A stretch of DNA of 38,343 nt, taken from Elusimicrobiota bacterium. Its GTDB lineage: Bacteria; Elusimicrobiota; Elusimicrobia; Elusimicrobiales; UBA9959. Below the pieces are notes generated by a model. It was not told the origin of the DNA. It worked only from the letters and a program-made list of their open reading frames with translations, and did not search any database. A program made the translations under genes and the position numbers. Positions 28,700 through 38,343 of this stretch are shown one piece after another. The stretch lies in NCBI GenBank assembly GCA_036574205.1, contig JAINCQ010000022.1, positions 1 to 38,343 of the forward strand, read 5' to 3'. Each line of letters opens with the position of its first letter. The first letter of the stretch is position 1.

Positions 28700-28784
28700 A
28701 AATTTTAGAGCCATAAATAATAAAAAGGCTTTACTAATTTAAGAATCAGCTTTTTTTTAAAAATTAAATGTTAAAATTTATTTT

Positions 28785-29648
28785 ATGTCAAAGCGAAATT
28801 TTATTATTTATTTGGGGCTTTTTTATTGCGCTTTTATCTGGGGCTCTACCTTTGTTGTGACAAAATACGCTTTGAATTTTGTAGATTCTTCAGCGATGGT
28901 TTCAATAAGATTTTTTATATCAGCTTTAGTTTTGTTACCTTTTGTATTAAAAAGAAAAAACTTCTTTCTACATATAAAAGAAGCTTTTATCTTATCTATT
29001 TTTTTATCATCGCTTTACCTAACTCAGACTTTAGGGCTTGTTTTTACGACAGCCTCAAACAGCGGATTTATAACAGGTCTTTTTATAATATTCATTCCAA
29101 TTTTTATGTTTTTAATAAGGAAACAAAAGCCTCTTAAGATGGAGATAGTTGCAAGCATAGTAGCTATTTTAGGAATGTGGTTTTTAACTGGCGGATTAAA
29201 TGGAATAAATCCGGGGGACCTTCTTACGCTTGTTGCGGCAATGAGCTATTCCCTGCATCTTATTTTTACTGATAAATATGTTAAAAATGAATTTGATATA
29301 ATAAAACTTTCTTTTCACCAATTTGGGATTGTTGCCGTTATCTCGGCAACTGCGGTCTTGCTTTCTAATAAGAGTTTTTCTGTTTCCAGTTTAAAAGGGT
29401 GGTATGTTATAATTTTTCTTGCTCTTTTCCCGACGCTTTCCGCTTTTTTTATACAGATGATCGCTCAAAAGTATATTGAGCCTTTTAAGGTTGGAATAAT
29501 ATTTACTCTTGAGCCGGTTTTTGCCGCAATTTTTGCCTGGACTGTTGGGGGTGAGGAGTTTATAGTTATAAAAGCATTTGGGGGTTTTTTAATATTTCTT
29601 TCTATGCTTATAGTTGAGATTGATAGATTTTTAAAAAAGCAGGTTTAA
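28785..29648 (+). CDS. DMT/EamA family transporter
   Basis: About 10 hydrophobic segments; IWGSTF, GFITGL, FTLEPVFAA. Confidence 0.9.
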   Translation: MSKRNFIIYLGLFYCAFIWGSTFVVTKYALNFVDSSAMVSIRFFISALVLLPFVLKRKNFFLHIKEAFILSIFLSSLYLTQTLGLVFTTASNSGFITGLFIIFIPIFMFLIRKQKPLKMEIVASIVAILGMWFLTGGLNGINPGDLLTLVAAMSYSLHLIFTDKYVKNEFDIIKLSFHQFGIVAVISATAVLLSNKSFSVSSLKGWYVIIFLALFPTLSAFFIQMIAQKYIEPFKVGIIFTLEPVFAAIFAWTVGGEEFIVIKAFGGFLIFLSMLIVEIDRFLKKQV

Positions 29649-29679
29649 TTTTTAGTATAATATCAAAAAGGGAGGAATA

Positions 29680-31062
29680 ATGATTTTATCTATTATTTTT
29701 GCGATTCTCAGTGGAGTTAATGCTATTGAAAACGGCGCTTTGAATATAACCATTTACAACAATGATATGGCAGCGGTTAATCAGCAATATTTTGAAAATT
29801 GTAAAAAGGGAGTGTTCAATATTACAATACCTGATATGCCAAAAACTGTCATTGCTGACAGCATAAATATTGAATTGCCAGATTATCTTGGTCTAAAGAT
29901 GCAAAGTTATAAAAATAACGAGGATATACCGAATTACAGTATAAGCATACTTACAAAGGATAATGACATTATATCCGGAAAGTTATATCGCTATGATGAT
30001 AAACAGGTTACGCTTAAAAATGAAAAAGGCGAGTATATGGTGGTTTTAAACGATTATATAAAATATATAAATTATGGGAATATAGATGAAACAGAATTTA
30101 GAAACAGAATGCTTAATAATGGATCGCTAAATCTTGTTCTGGAATCTAAAAAAACGCAGAGATGTGAGTTTAAAGTCAACTATATAGTTAACAATCTTTC
30201 ATGGTCTTCGTCTTACGATGCTTATTTAAATGAAAGCGAAACCCGGCTTGATATTAACTCAAGAATAAGCATAACCAACAACTCAGGCTATAACTTTAAA
30301 AAATCACAGGTAAGCCTTGTAGCAGGTGTGATTAATAAAGTTTCTGGAAGAGAGTTTAGACCAACTATGGTTATGGCTAAAGCATTGGATGTTTCATTTG
30401 AAGATTCTGGTGATAAAGAGATAAAACCTCAGTCTTTAAGCGAGTTTTATTCATACGATATCCCATATAAAGAATTAGATATAAATAGTGGAGAAACGCT
30501 ATCTATTGATATGTTTTCAAGAAAAGATGTGAAGTTTAAGAAAGTCTTTGTCTATAAAGGGCAGAAGGATTTATGGTATTTTTATGATAATATCAACAAC
30601 TATAAGTATGATAAAAATCTTGTTGTAAATTTTATATTTGAGAATAATAAAGACAATAATATGGAACTACCTTTACCGCAGGGAAGAATAAGAATTTACA
30701 AAAAGAAAGGTGATTTTATAAGTCTGGTAGGAGAAGATAATATATTACACACTCCGGTAAATGGAAAGGTTGAGCTAAATATTGGAAGGGCTTTTGATGT
30801 AAGTGGTGAAAGGAAAATAATAAAACATGAAAAAGTGGCACCGAATGTTTATAGAGATACGGTTGAGATAAAGATTAAAAACGATAAAAATGATGATATA
30901 AACGTTAAGATAAAGGAATATCTATGGGGAAACTGGAGGATAGTTGAATCCTCAGCAAAGTATGAAAAGATAGATATTAATAATATAGAATTCAATGTTA
31001 ATGTCGCAAAGAAATCCACCATTACAGTCAGATTCACAGCTGAGTATAACTTTAATCAATAA
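29680..31062 (+). CDS. DUF4139/DUF4140 exported protein
   Basis: Signal peptide; ITIYNNDMAAV, LSWSSSY, ITNNSG, LPLPQGRIRIY, GRAFDV. Confidence 0.8.
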   Translation: MILSIIFAILSGVNAIENGALNITIYNNDMAAVNQQYFENCKKGVFNITIPDMPKTVIADSINIELPDYLGLKMQSYKNNEDIPNYSISILTKDNDIISGKLYRYDDKQVTLKNEKGEYMVVLNDYIKYINYGNIDETEFRNRMLNNGSLNLVLESKKTQRCEFKVNYIVNNLSWSSSYDAYLNESETRLDINSRISITNNSGYNFKKSQVSLVAGVINKVSGREFRPTMVMAKALDVSFEDSGDKEIKPQSLSEFYSYDIPYKELDINSGETLSIDMFSRKDVKFKKVFVYKGQKDLWYFYDNINNYKYDKNLVVNFIFENNKDNNMELPLPQGRIRIYKKKGDFISLVGEDNILHTPVNGKVELNIGRAFDVSGERKIIKHEKVAPNVYRDTVEIKIKNDKNDDINVKIKEYLWGNWRIVESSAKYEKIDINNIEFNVNVAKKSTITVRFTAEYNFNQ

Positions 31063-31070
31063 GGTTTTTT

Positions 31071-31493
31071 ATGAAAAAAACTGGATTTACGCTTATTGAG
31101 GTAATGGTTGTTGTTGTAATACTTGGAATAATAGTTGCGATAGCCAGTCCGAAGTTTTCACTTCTTCTTGCAAGATCTAAAGAAAAATCGGTACTGGCTA
31201 ATTTAAGCGTTTTAAGAGAATCTTTAAGAATTTATTACTCTGAAAATGCAACATATCCTCGTGACGACCTTTCATCGCTTTATCCAAAATATATATCTGA
31301 AATTCCAAAAATATCGCTGCCAAATACCTCGCATCCTTCATCTAACTTTGTTAGGGTTGTAAACTCTACTTCGGATATAACAGACAGTGGTTTTCTTTCT
31401 TATGTAAATGATGAAAATAGTTCCGCATTTGGTAGTGTCTTCATAGATTGTTCACATGTTGATTCATCTGGTAGACAATATTTTACATATTGA
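31071..31493 (+). CDS. Prepilin-type N-methylation domain protein (pilin/pseudopilin)
   Basis: MKKTG|FTLIEVMVVVVILGIIVAIA class III signal peptide. Confidence 0.88.
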   Translation: MKKTGFTLIEVMVVVVILGIIVAIASPKFSLLLARSKEKSVLANLSVLRESLRIYYSENATYPRDDLSSLYPKYISEIPKISLPNTSHPSSNFVRVVNSTSDITDSGFLSYVNDENSSAFGSVFIDCSHVDSSGRQYFTY

Positions 31494-31891
31494 TGGGAAG
31501 ATTTAAGATAAAAGCTATCAACGATATTGAGATTGAGCTGATTTCTTCAAATTATATAGATGTTTTTAAAACTCTTATTAAGGTCTTCAATTACCTTGTT
31601 GCCAGGCCCAAGAAAAAAACTATTATGAAGCAGTTATCAATCAAGTATGAAAATTATGAGAGCCTTATAATAGATTTTTTTAATGAACTTATCTATCTTT
31701 TTGAAACAGAAAATTTTTTACCGCTATCAGGAGATTTTAAAATAGAGAAAAACTGTTTAATAGCGAAGTTAAAGGGTGGGATTCTTGGTGCTAAACAACA
31801 TGTTAGATATGTTCTTAAATCGGCAACACATCATAATTTTGTTTTTAATGAAGGAAAAAAAATTTTTGTTAAATTTTTAGTGGATATTTGA
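31493..31891 (+). CDS. Archease
   Basis: ESLIIDFFNELIYLFE, LKSATHH, C-terminal LVDI; immediately upstream of rtcB. Confidence 0.82.
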   Translation: MGRFKIKAINDIEIELISSNYIDVFKTLIKVFNYLVARPKKKTIMKQLSIKYENYESLIIDFFNELIYLFETENFLPLSGDFKIEKNCLIAKLKGGILGAKQHVRYVLKSATHHNFVFNEGKKIFVKFLVDI

Positions 31892-31898
31892 GGTATAT

Positions 31899-33332
31899 AT
31901 GAATCTTGAAAAAATAGACGAGAATTGTTTTGTTATAAAAAAAGGATATAAAGAAGGAATGAATAGCGATGCTATAATTTATGCAAATGAAAATTTAATA
32001 AAAAATATTGAACAGGATGCGATTAATCAGCTGATTAATATTACAACCTTACCGGGGATAGCAGGACCTGCCATAGCCATGCCAGATATACATAAAGGTT
32101 ATGGTTTTCCGATTGGCGGAGTTGCTGCTTTTAATATAGAGAAAGGAATTATATCTCCGGGGGGAATAGGTTATGATATAAACTGCGGTGTGAGACTTGT
32201 TAAAACAGATCTTAAGAAAAAGGATATAGAAGGAAAAATAAAAGAAATTGCTTACTCAATTTTTAGAGATACGCCGGTTGGTGTGGGAAGTGAGGGGAAG
32301 ATATATCTTAGTGATAAGGAATATGAAAAGGTTTTTAAAAAAGGAGCGAAATGGGCTATTGAAAATGGATATGGCAGTTCAGATGATATTGAGTTTATAG
32401 AATCAAAAGGAGCTATTGAAACAGAAACATATTCAGTTACACAGAAAGCTAAAGAAAGAGGGAGGAGACAACTTGGGACACTTGGAAGTGGAAATCATTT
32501 TATTGAGGTTCAGTTTGTGGATGAGGTATATGATGAAAAAGCGGCTTATGCTTTTGGAATTGAAAAAGACACCATTACAATTATGATTCATACTGGTTCA
32601 AGAGGGTTTGGTCATCAGATATGCTCTGATTATATAAATATTATGTTAAAGGCTTTGCAGAAATATGGGATAAGTTTACATGATAAAGAACTTGCCTGCG
32701 CCCCTTTTGATTCAAAAGAAGGGCGAGATTATTTTAATGCAATGAATGCCGCTTCAAATTTTGCATGGGCAAACAGGCAGATATTAAAACATTTTATTGA
32801 AACAGCTTTTATAAAAGCGCTTAAGATTTCACCCAATATGCTTTCTGCAAAAACTCTTTATGATGTGGCTCATAACATAGCCAAAGTTGAAAATCATACA
32901 GTAGACGGTAAAAATGTTAAGGTTATAGTTCATAGAAAAGGGGCTACAAGATCTTTTCCAGCTTTTAATCCAGAATTACCAAAGGGTTATATGGAAATTG
33001 GCCAGCCAGTGATAATTCCGGGAGATATGGGAAGATACTCATATCTACTTTATGGCCTTGATGGCGCTATGAAAAAAACTTTTGGGACTAGTTGTCATGG
33101 TGCTGGAAGGCTTATGTCAAGAGCAAAGTCTGTAGAGATAGCAAAACGAAGAAATATTAAAAGTGAGCTTGAAAAGAATGGTATTTTAGTTTTAGCTGAT
33201 TTAATTAGAACAATAAATGAAGAGATGCCTGATGCTTATAAAGATGTAAAAGATGTAGTTGAAGTTGTTTCTAATAGCGGGATTGCAGCTAAGGTTGCAA
33301 GATTAAAACCACTTTGTGTTATAAAGGGATAA
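31899..33332 (+). CDS. rtcB: RNA-splicing ligase RtcB
   Basis: MPDIHKGYGFPIGG, GYDINCG, LGTLGSGNHFIE, HTGSRG, HRKGAT, HGAGR, EEMPDAYK. Confidence 0.96.
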   Translation: MNLEKIDENCFVIKKGYKEGMNSDAIIYANENLIKNIEQDAINQLINITTLPGIAGPAIAMPDIHKGYGFPIGGVAAFNIEKGIISPGGIGYDINCGVRLVKTDLKKKDIEGKIKEIAYSIFRDTPVGVGSEGKIYLSDKEYEKVFKKGAKWAIENGYGSSDDIEFIESKGAIETETYSVTQKAKERGRRQLGTLGSGNHFIEVQFVDEVYDEKAAYAFGIEKDTITIMIHTGSRGFGHQICSDYINIMLKALQKYGISLHDKELACAPFDSKEGRDYFNAMNAASNFAWANRQILKHFIETAFIKALKISPNMLSAKTLYDVAHNIAKVENHTVDGKNVKVIVHRKGATRSFPAFNPELPKGYMEIGQPVIIPGDMGRYSYLLYGLDGAMKKTFGTSCHGAGRLMSRAKSVEIAKRRNIKSELEKNGILVLADLIRTINEEMPDAYKDVKDVVEVVSNSGIAAKVARLKPLCVIKG

Positions 33333-33352
33333 TAATAAAAAGCAGTAAATTG

Positions 33353-34018
33353 TTATTTAATTATTGCAAAAGCTATGCCATCAGAAGTTGGAATTATTGA
33401 TCTGTGAGAAATTTTCTCATCTGTAAATATTATATGAAGAAACTCTCTCATTCCTCTTGATTTTTGGTTTTGTTCCTTATCTTCTCCGTCATAAAAAAGT
33501 TTTCCTTTCATAAAAGCATTGTGAGCTAAAACAATTCCTCCACTTCTTAAGTTTTTAATAGCCCATTTAAGATAATACGGATAATTCGGTTTATCAGCAT
33601 CTATAAAACAAAAATCAAACGGAGAAAATTTTGATAATTTATTAAGCGCTTCTTTTGCATCATAATTCATTAAAACTATTTTTTTATCAAGCCCTAACTC
33701 TGAAAATATTTTAAGCGCTATTTCTGCATGTTTCGGTTCTTTTTCTATGGTATAAATCTTTCCATCTTCTGAAATTGATCTGGTAAGCCATATAGTTGAA
33801 TAACCGCATAATGTACCTATCTCCACCCCTCTTTTAGGATTTATTGTTGATATAATTGTAGAAATAATGTTTCCTTCAAAAGGAGTTATATTTATTTTCC
33901 TCACTCCTTTATTTTCCATTTCTTCTATAACTTTTTTTAGATAATTATCCTCAACTGCAAGATGATTAATTATATAGTTTTTAGTTTTATCCTCTATTGT
34001 TTCAGGGATTATCTTCAT
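33353..34018 (-). CDS. O-methyltransferase (CCoAOMT/COMT-like)
   Basis: VEIGTLCGYSTIW, FDFCFIDADKPNY, GGIVLAHN, DGI. Confidence 0.88.
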   Translation of the reverse strand: MKIIPETIEDKTKNYIINHLAVEDNYLKKVIEEMENKGVRKINITPFEGNIISTIISTINPKRGVEIGTLCGYSTIWLTRSISEDGKIYTIEKEPKHAEIALKIFSELGLDKKIVLMNYDAKEALNKLSKFSPFDFCFIDADKPNYPYYLKWAIKNLRSGGIVLAHNAFMKGKLFYDGEDKEQNQKSRGMREFLHIIFTDEKISHRSIIPTSDGIAFAIIK

Positions 34019-34727
34019 AACTTATATTATACAATTTAGAATTGCTGTTTGAGGGAATAAATATGGTAGTTTCTTTGTCTAGTTGTTTTATAACTCTTTC
34101 AAATTCTTTTGCTTTATATTTTAAGAAAGTCGTTTTATTTTCTTGATATTTAATTAGATAGAAATTACTTCTTTTCTTTATCAGTTTTATGACTTGTTTA
34201 AAATCATCTAAAAATTTTGGTATAGTATGAGAATTAAATAATATTAGATTTTCTTTTAGAATTGCCGATTCTTTCAGGTTAAAAAAAGTTGATGGCTCTG
34301 ATAATAAAATAAAATTCTCCAGATATTTATTTGTTTTTGCAGAAATTATATTTATGATATGATCAAAGGAAGATGTTGAGGTTATGGTTTTTACTTCTAT
34401 CTTTTTCTCTCTAAGTCTGTAAAATAAATTGAAAATAGGTTTGTTTAAGAAGAGGGGGTTCCCTTTTATTAATAAAGATATAACATCACATTTTTTTAAG
34501 TAGCTAATAATGATCTTGAATATGTATTCATTTTTTTCATTTTCTTCGTAAATTTTTTTATAATTTAAAAATTCATTTAAATTAAGGATCTTTTTATTTA
34601 AATTTAGCTTGAATAAATCTTTTTCTTCTAATGAAAGATTAATTATTACATCAGATTTTTTTAAAACTTCAATTGTTTCTTTTGATATATCTTCAAATTT
34701 TATGCCTTGTGAGCAAATAAAAACCAT
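34002..34727 (-). CDS. Divergent tetrapyrrole-methylase-fold (borosin-like) protein
   Basis: QGIKFEDISKETIEVLKKSDVI, LLIKGNPLFL, IEVKTITSTSSFD correspond to the family's GxG..T.EA..L..AD, GxPxxF and PGISS motifs. Start 34727 or 34760. Confidence 0.6.
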   Translation of the reverse strand: MVFICSQGIKFEDISKETIEVLKKSDVIINLSLEEKDLFKLNLNKKILNLNEFLNYKKIYEENEKNEYIFKIIISYLKKCDVISLLIKGNPLFLNKPIFNLFYRLREKKIEVKTITSTSSFDHIINIISAKTNKYLENFILLSEPSTFFNLKESAILKENLILFNSHTIPKFLDDFKQVIKLIKKRSNFYLIKYQENKTTFLKYKAKEFERVIKQLDKETTIFIPSNSNSKLYNISYEDNP

Positions 34728-35034
34728 TTTGCGTTTTTTATGTATAACTATATTATACATAATTATACATAAACCATTAGGTATCTCTGAGAAAATTCAT
34801 AAGCTTGCTTGATAATTATTAGAACTGCCTTCTTATTCCTTATTGTCTGAACGATCTACGATAGATATACAACATTAAAGTCTAAGGATTTTAATATGTA
34901 AAAGCCATGTAATCCATAAAATTTTTAAATTATTTAGCAAAATAATCTATTTATAACTTTGATTATTATTTTAAAGTTTAAAAACTCCAAACTCTACTTT
35001 AAAAAACGATTGAGTTTGAAAATGGGTTAAATTA

Positions 35035-35240
35035 TTTTCTACGATAGGAAAGATAATTAAGCAAAGTAACTATTTTTTCAAGTCAGTTGCGTGGTATATT
35101 ATAATCAAGATAGCAAATGGATGAATGAAAGAGTTAACAATCCTAAAAGCAAGCGTGCAAGAGATTCACCTAAAATAAAGGAATATAGGTATATAATGTT
35201 TAACGCAGTAGAAAGGATAATTGATAGGATAAATTTATCT
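35035..35240 (+). mobile_element. Decayed internal fragment of an IS481-like transposase
   Basis: FSTIGKIIKQSNYFF / VYYNQDSKW...KRARDSPK..YRYIMFNAVERIID resembles the STIGxII...IQxDT region before the rve core; frameshifted. Confidence 0.45.
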
Positions 35241-35345
35241 TGCAAAGTTGCTGATAGAGTATTTAGTTTATATAATATAAAGATGATTTTAAATTTTTAT
35301 AGATGCAGAATGTAAAGCCTATTTTTTGTTGAATTTGTATATGTT

Positions 35346-36143
35346 ATGAAAGTAATTATACTTGGTTATAGTGGTTTCCTTGGTTCACATTTATTAAAAC
35401 ATAATTTTTTTGCGAATGTTGAAAAAATACTTCCCTCGAGAAAAAATACACTTTTAAAAGAAGGGAATGATTTATTTATTCCTTTTGAAGAAGCCTTCTC
35501 ATCAATAAAAAATCTCAAGCCTGAGCTAATAATAAACTTAATAGGCGTTTTAAGGGAAAAATACAAAGGTGAATATAGAAAAGCTCATATAGAAACTGTA
35601 AAAGGAATTATAGAAGCAGCAAAAACATATGAAAATGCAAAAATAATTCATATATCAGCGATTGGAACATCAGAGGAATGTAAAAGTGAATATTTTCATA
35701 CAAAGTTGCAAGCTGAAAAGATGCTTCTTTCAAGCGGGCTTGAGGTTATTATAATAAGACCTGGAATAGTATTTGGAGAAGGGCAAAAATTATTTGAAGA
35801 CTTAAAAAAAATTTCAATTTTAACCCCATTTATAATATGTCCTTCATCTAAAGTTGCAATATGTGACATAAACAAATTTGTTGATTCAATAGTGGAGGCT
35901 TCATCTAAACAAGTAAAAAGAGGTATTTATGAAATATATACTGAAGTAATTTCTTTTAAAAATTTTTTCAAAAAAAGTCTTAATTTTATCGGTATAAAAA
36001 GAATTGTAATACCGGTTCCTAAAATATTTATTCTTCCTGTTGCTTTGCTAGGTGAAATAACAAATATGTCTCCAATAAATCTTGAACAGTACAGAATGCT
36101 TAAATGTCCAGCTATCCCATCCGGGAAATTTCCAGTTTTATGA
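35346..36143 (+). CDS. NAD-dependent epimerase/dehydratase (NDUFA9-like atypical SDR)
   Basis: ILGYSGFLG, INLIGV, IHISAIG, YFHTKLQAE, IRPGIVFG. Confidence 0.85.
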   Translation: MKVIILGYSGFLGSHLLKHNFFANVEKILPSRKNTLLKEGNDLFIPFEEAFSSIKNLKPELIINLIGVLREKYKGEYRKAHIETVKGIIEAAKTYENAKIIHISAIGTSEECKSEYFHTKLQAEKMLLSSGLEVIIIRPGIVFGEGQKLFEDLKKISILTPFIICPSSKVAICDINKFVDSIVEASSKQVKRGIYEIYTEVISFKNFFKKSLNFIGIKRIVIPVPKIFILPVALLGEITNMSPINLEQYRMLKCPAIPSGKFPVL

Positions 36144-37507
36144 CAGAAAAAGAAAGGATAAAAATTCTAAATAATTCTCAACCATTTTCAAAGGGAAAAT
36201 ATGTGTTATATATGATGCAGTCTTCCCAAAGAGTAGAAGAAAATCCTGCGCTTAATTTTGCAATTGAAAAGGCCAATGAATTAAATATTCCACTTATAAC
36301 TGCTTTTGCGATTATGCCATCATATCCAGGCGCTAATTTAAGACATTATGCATTTATGATTGAGGGATTAATAGAATTGCATAAAAATTTTTTATCCAGA
36401 GGTCTTAACTTTTTTGTTTTTTTAGGAACATATGAAGAAGTTTGCCTTATGCTATCAAAAGATGCAGCAATGATTGTAACTGATTGGGGATATATGCCTT
36501 TTCAGAAGAAAATGCGCCAAAAAGTTGCAATGTCTTGCGGCAAAACATTCATAGCGGCAGAATCTGATGTTGTTGTGCCTGTCCAGATAGCTTCATCTAA
36601 AAAAGAGCCTTATGCAATGTCATTCAGACCTAAAATTATTAAGCAAATTCCTAAATATCTTAAAAAAAGCCCTTTACCTGAATTAAGAAACAAAAAAATT
36701 TTTTCGCCAATAAAAGGAAGTATTGATCTAAGTAACCCTGAAAAAATTTTTAAAATGCTTAAATGCCCTTCTGAGCCTGGATCATGCCGTTTTTTGAAAG
36801 GAGGCAGAAAGGAAGCATTAATAAAACTTAATAAATTTATAAATGAGAAACTTCCTTTTTATGATAGAAGATCAGACCCTGCATATGACTTTTCTTCCGG
36901 GCTAAGTCCATATCTTCATTTTGGCCAGATATCTCCAATAGAGATAGCTCTTTCAGTAATAGAAGCTGAAAATGTACCTTTAAGCTTAAAAGAAAAATTT
37001 CTTGATCAACTAATAGTATGGAGAGAATTGGCAAGAAATTTTTTATCATTTGAAGAAAATTTTGACTCACTAAAATGTCTTCCAAGATGGGCTCAGGAAG
37101 AAATAAAAAAACATTCCTCTGATATAAGGCCTGTTATATATACTCTTGAAACTCTTGAGAATGCTCAAACAAAGGACAGATGGTGGAATATTGCTCAGAA
37201 AGAACTTATTTTTACAGGAAGAATTCATAATTATATGCGAATGTATTGGGGGAAAAAAATAATAGAATGGAGTCCTTCATTCGAACGTGCACTTGAAATC
37301 CTTATATATCTTAATGATAAGTATGCTATTGATGGCAGAGATCCAAACGGATATGCTTCTATATTATGGTGCTTCGGTCTTCATGACAGGCCTTTTTTTG
37401 AAAGACCAATTTTTGGAAAAATAAGATATATGAGTTCTGCAGGGCTTGAGAGAAAATTTGAAATGGAAAAATATTATTTAAGAATATCTTCAATAATTGG
37501 ATCGTAA
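36140..37507 (+). CDS. phr: Class II CPD photolyase
   Basis: VLYMMQSSQRVEENPAL, SGLSPYLHFGQIS, WRELARNF, HNYMRMYWGKKIIEW, DGRDPNGY, HDRPF, FGKIRYM. ATG 36140 overlaps the upstream stop. Confidence 0.93.
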   Translation: MTEKERIKILNNSQPFSKGKYVLYMMQSSQRVEENPALNFAIEKANELNIPLITAFAIMPSYPGANLRHYAFMIEGLIELHKNFLSRGLNFFVFLGTYEEVCLMLSKDAAMIVTDWGYMPFQKKMRQKVAMSCGKTFIAAESDVVVPVQIASSKKEPYAMSFRPKIIKQIPKYLKKSPLPELRNKKIFSPIKGSIDLSNPEKIFKMLKCPSEPGSCRFLKGGRKEALIKLNKFINEKLPFYDRRSDPAYDFSSGLSPYLHFGQISPIEIALSVIEAENVPLSLKEKFLDQLIVWRELARNFLSFEENFDSLKCLPRWAQEEIKKHSSDIRPVIYTLETLENAQTKDRWWNIAQKELIFTGRIHNYMRMYWGKKIIEWSPSFERALEILIYLNDKYAIDGRDPNGYASILWCFGLHDRPFFERPIFGKIRYMSSAGLERKFEMEKYYLRISSIIGS

Positions 37508-38136
37508 AATCTGGTGGATTTAAGCAGTAAGTACAACAAAAGCATTAAGCACTTTTGCTGGTTTTTTAAAACATCGAAATTTTGTGTGTGTATTTTAAGC
37601 AGTTTTCAACCTTTTTTTAAAACTTTCTTTTAATGTTTTACTAAAGTCTGTTTTTTGGAAAAAGCTCAGTATAAGTCAATTGTTTTTTATAGTTTGTTTT
37701 TCTAAAGCTATGATATGGCTGACAAAAAGTCACATACTTTTTCCTTTTTTCACCTTCATCTTTCAACTTACGCTCATCAAGGGGAAAATTGCAGTTTTAC
37801 CTTACCCTAAGGTAAAATCTGATCTGACCAGCATCCTCAGTCTTGTGTCTTTCTTTATGCCTATTTTATGCTTTTTTTATACTGTATGTAGCAAGCATAA
37901 TGGCTTTTGTGTAAACTATTTTTTTAAACTTATGTGATAACATTCTGGGACCACAATTTTGAAATTTTTCCTATTTTTTTAAATTTTAAATTTCGTATTT
38001 ATGAAACTAACAGTTTGTTATACTCATAATTTGTTTAAATATGTATTTTAAATCCAGTTTTTATCATATGAAATATGTTCTTTTGTTGCACTTTGAAATC
38101 GTAATAATATCTTGCTGATAATGATATCTTACAACA

Positions 38137-38229
38137 CATAAAGGATTGAATAACAAAACGCCGATGGATTGGTTTTTAGAAGAGCAATTTAAAAATCATG
38201 AAAAGTCCAATATAGAATATCTTAGGTAG
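38137..38229 (+). mobile_element. 3' fragment of an IS481-like transposase
   Basis: HKGLNNKTPMDWFLEEQFKNHEKSN; homologous to 57-130. Confidence 0.55.
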
Positions 38230-38329
38230 TGTATAATATTGTGTGTAATTTTATATTGACAAAATAATAAAAAAGGGCTATTCTCCTTATATAGAAACAA
38301 AAACTACCAAAAAAAGGAGGAATAGCCTT

Positions 38330-38343
38330 ATGAATAGTATAAC
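38330..38343 (+). CDS. Start of an ORF running off the window (MNSI...), possibly a transposase
   Basis: AGGAGG RBS before ATG 38330; the RBS lies in an inverted repeat with 38273-38288. Confidence 0.4.

Noticed and set aside
35091..35315. 74-aa stand-alone CDS or RiPP precursor
   Set aside because: Better explained as part of a frameshifted transposase fragment.
37680..37937. 85-aa plus-strand ORF
   Set aside because: TTG start, no RBS, no motif; probably antisense to decayed sequence.
57..38229. 38-kb composite transposon bounded by IS copies
   Set aside because: Both copies are short, diverged fragments and the interior holds core genes such as argS, rsfS and nadD.

Overview
AT-rich bacterial chromosome segment. 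The pilin-like gene and the gene content suggest Elusimicrobiota (inference only). The left end (1-9.9 kb) is an accessory/defence zone. It holds a PLD-nuclease/SNF2-helicase gene, a wHTH-MNT + HEPN toxin-antitoxin pair with its own operator-overlapped promoter, and a large Eco57I/type IIG-like adenine methyltransferase, all co-oriented and tightly packed. These are followed by an in-frame relic of a former methyltransferase C-terminus, a stub resembling an RloC/AAA_13 N-terminus, an exported double-PLD protein, a DUF559 remnant and a REP/BoxC-like palindrome cluster. The middle is mostly housekeeping: TIGR03915/TIGR03916 DNA-repair pair, rmuC (with a WYL/PafBC-like promoter motif), NERD-helicase, pduO, argS, rsfS, pilT, nadD-yqeK, a tldE/tldD pair in which both genes are frameshifted, amrS, class I fumarase, and archease-rtcB. 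The right end has two methyltransferases (one with a TP-methylase/borosin-like fold), an epimerase, a class II photolyase and decayed IS fragments. One IS fragment is homologous to the fragment at the window start. No rRNA, tRNA or CRISPR array was seen. All family calls come from motif recognition by eye; no database search was run.
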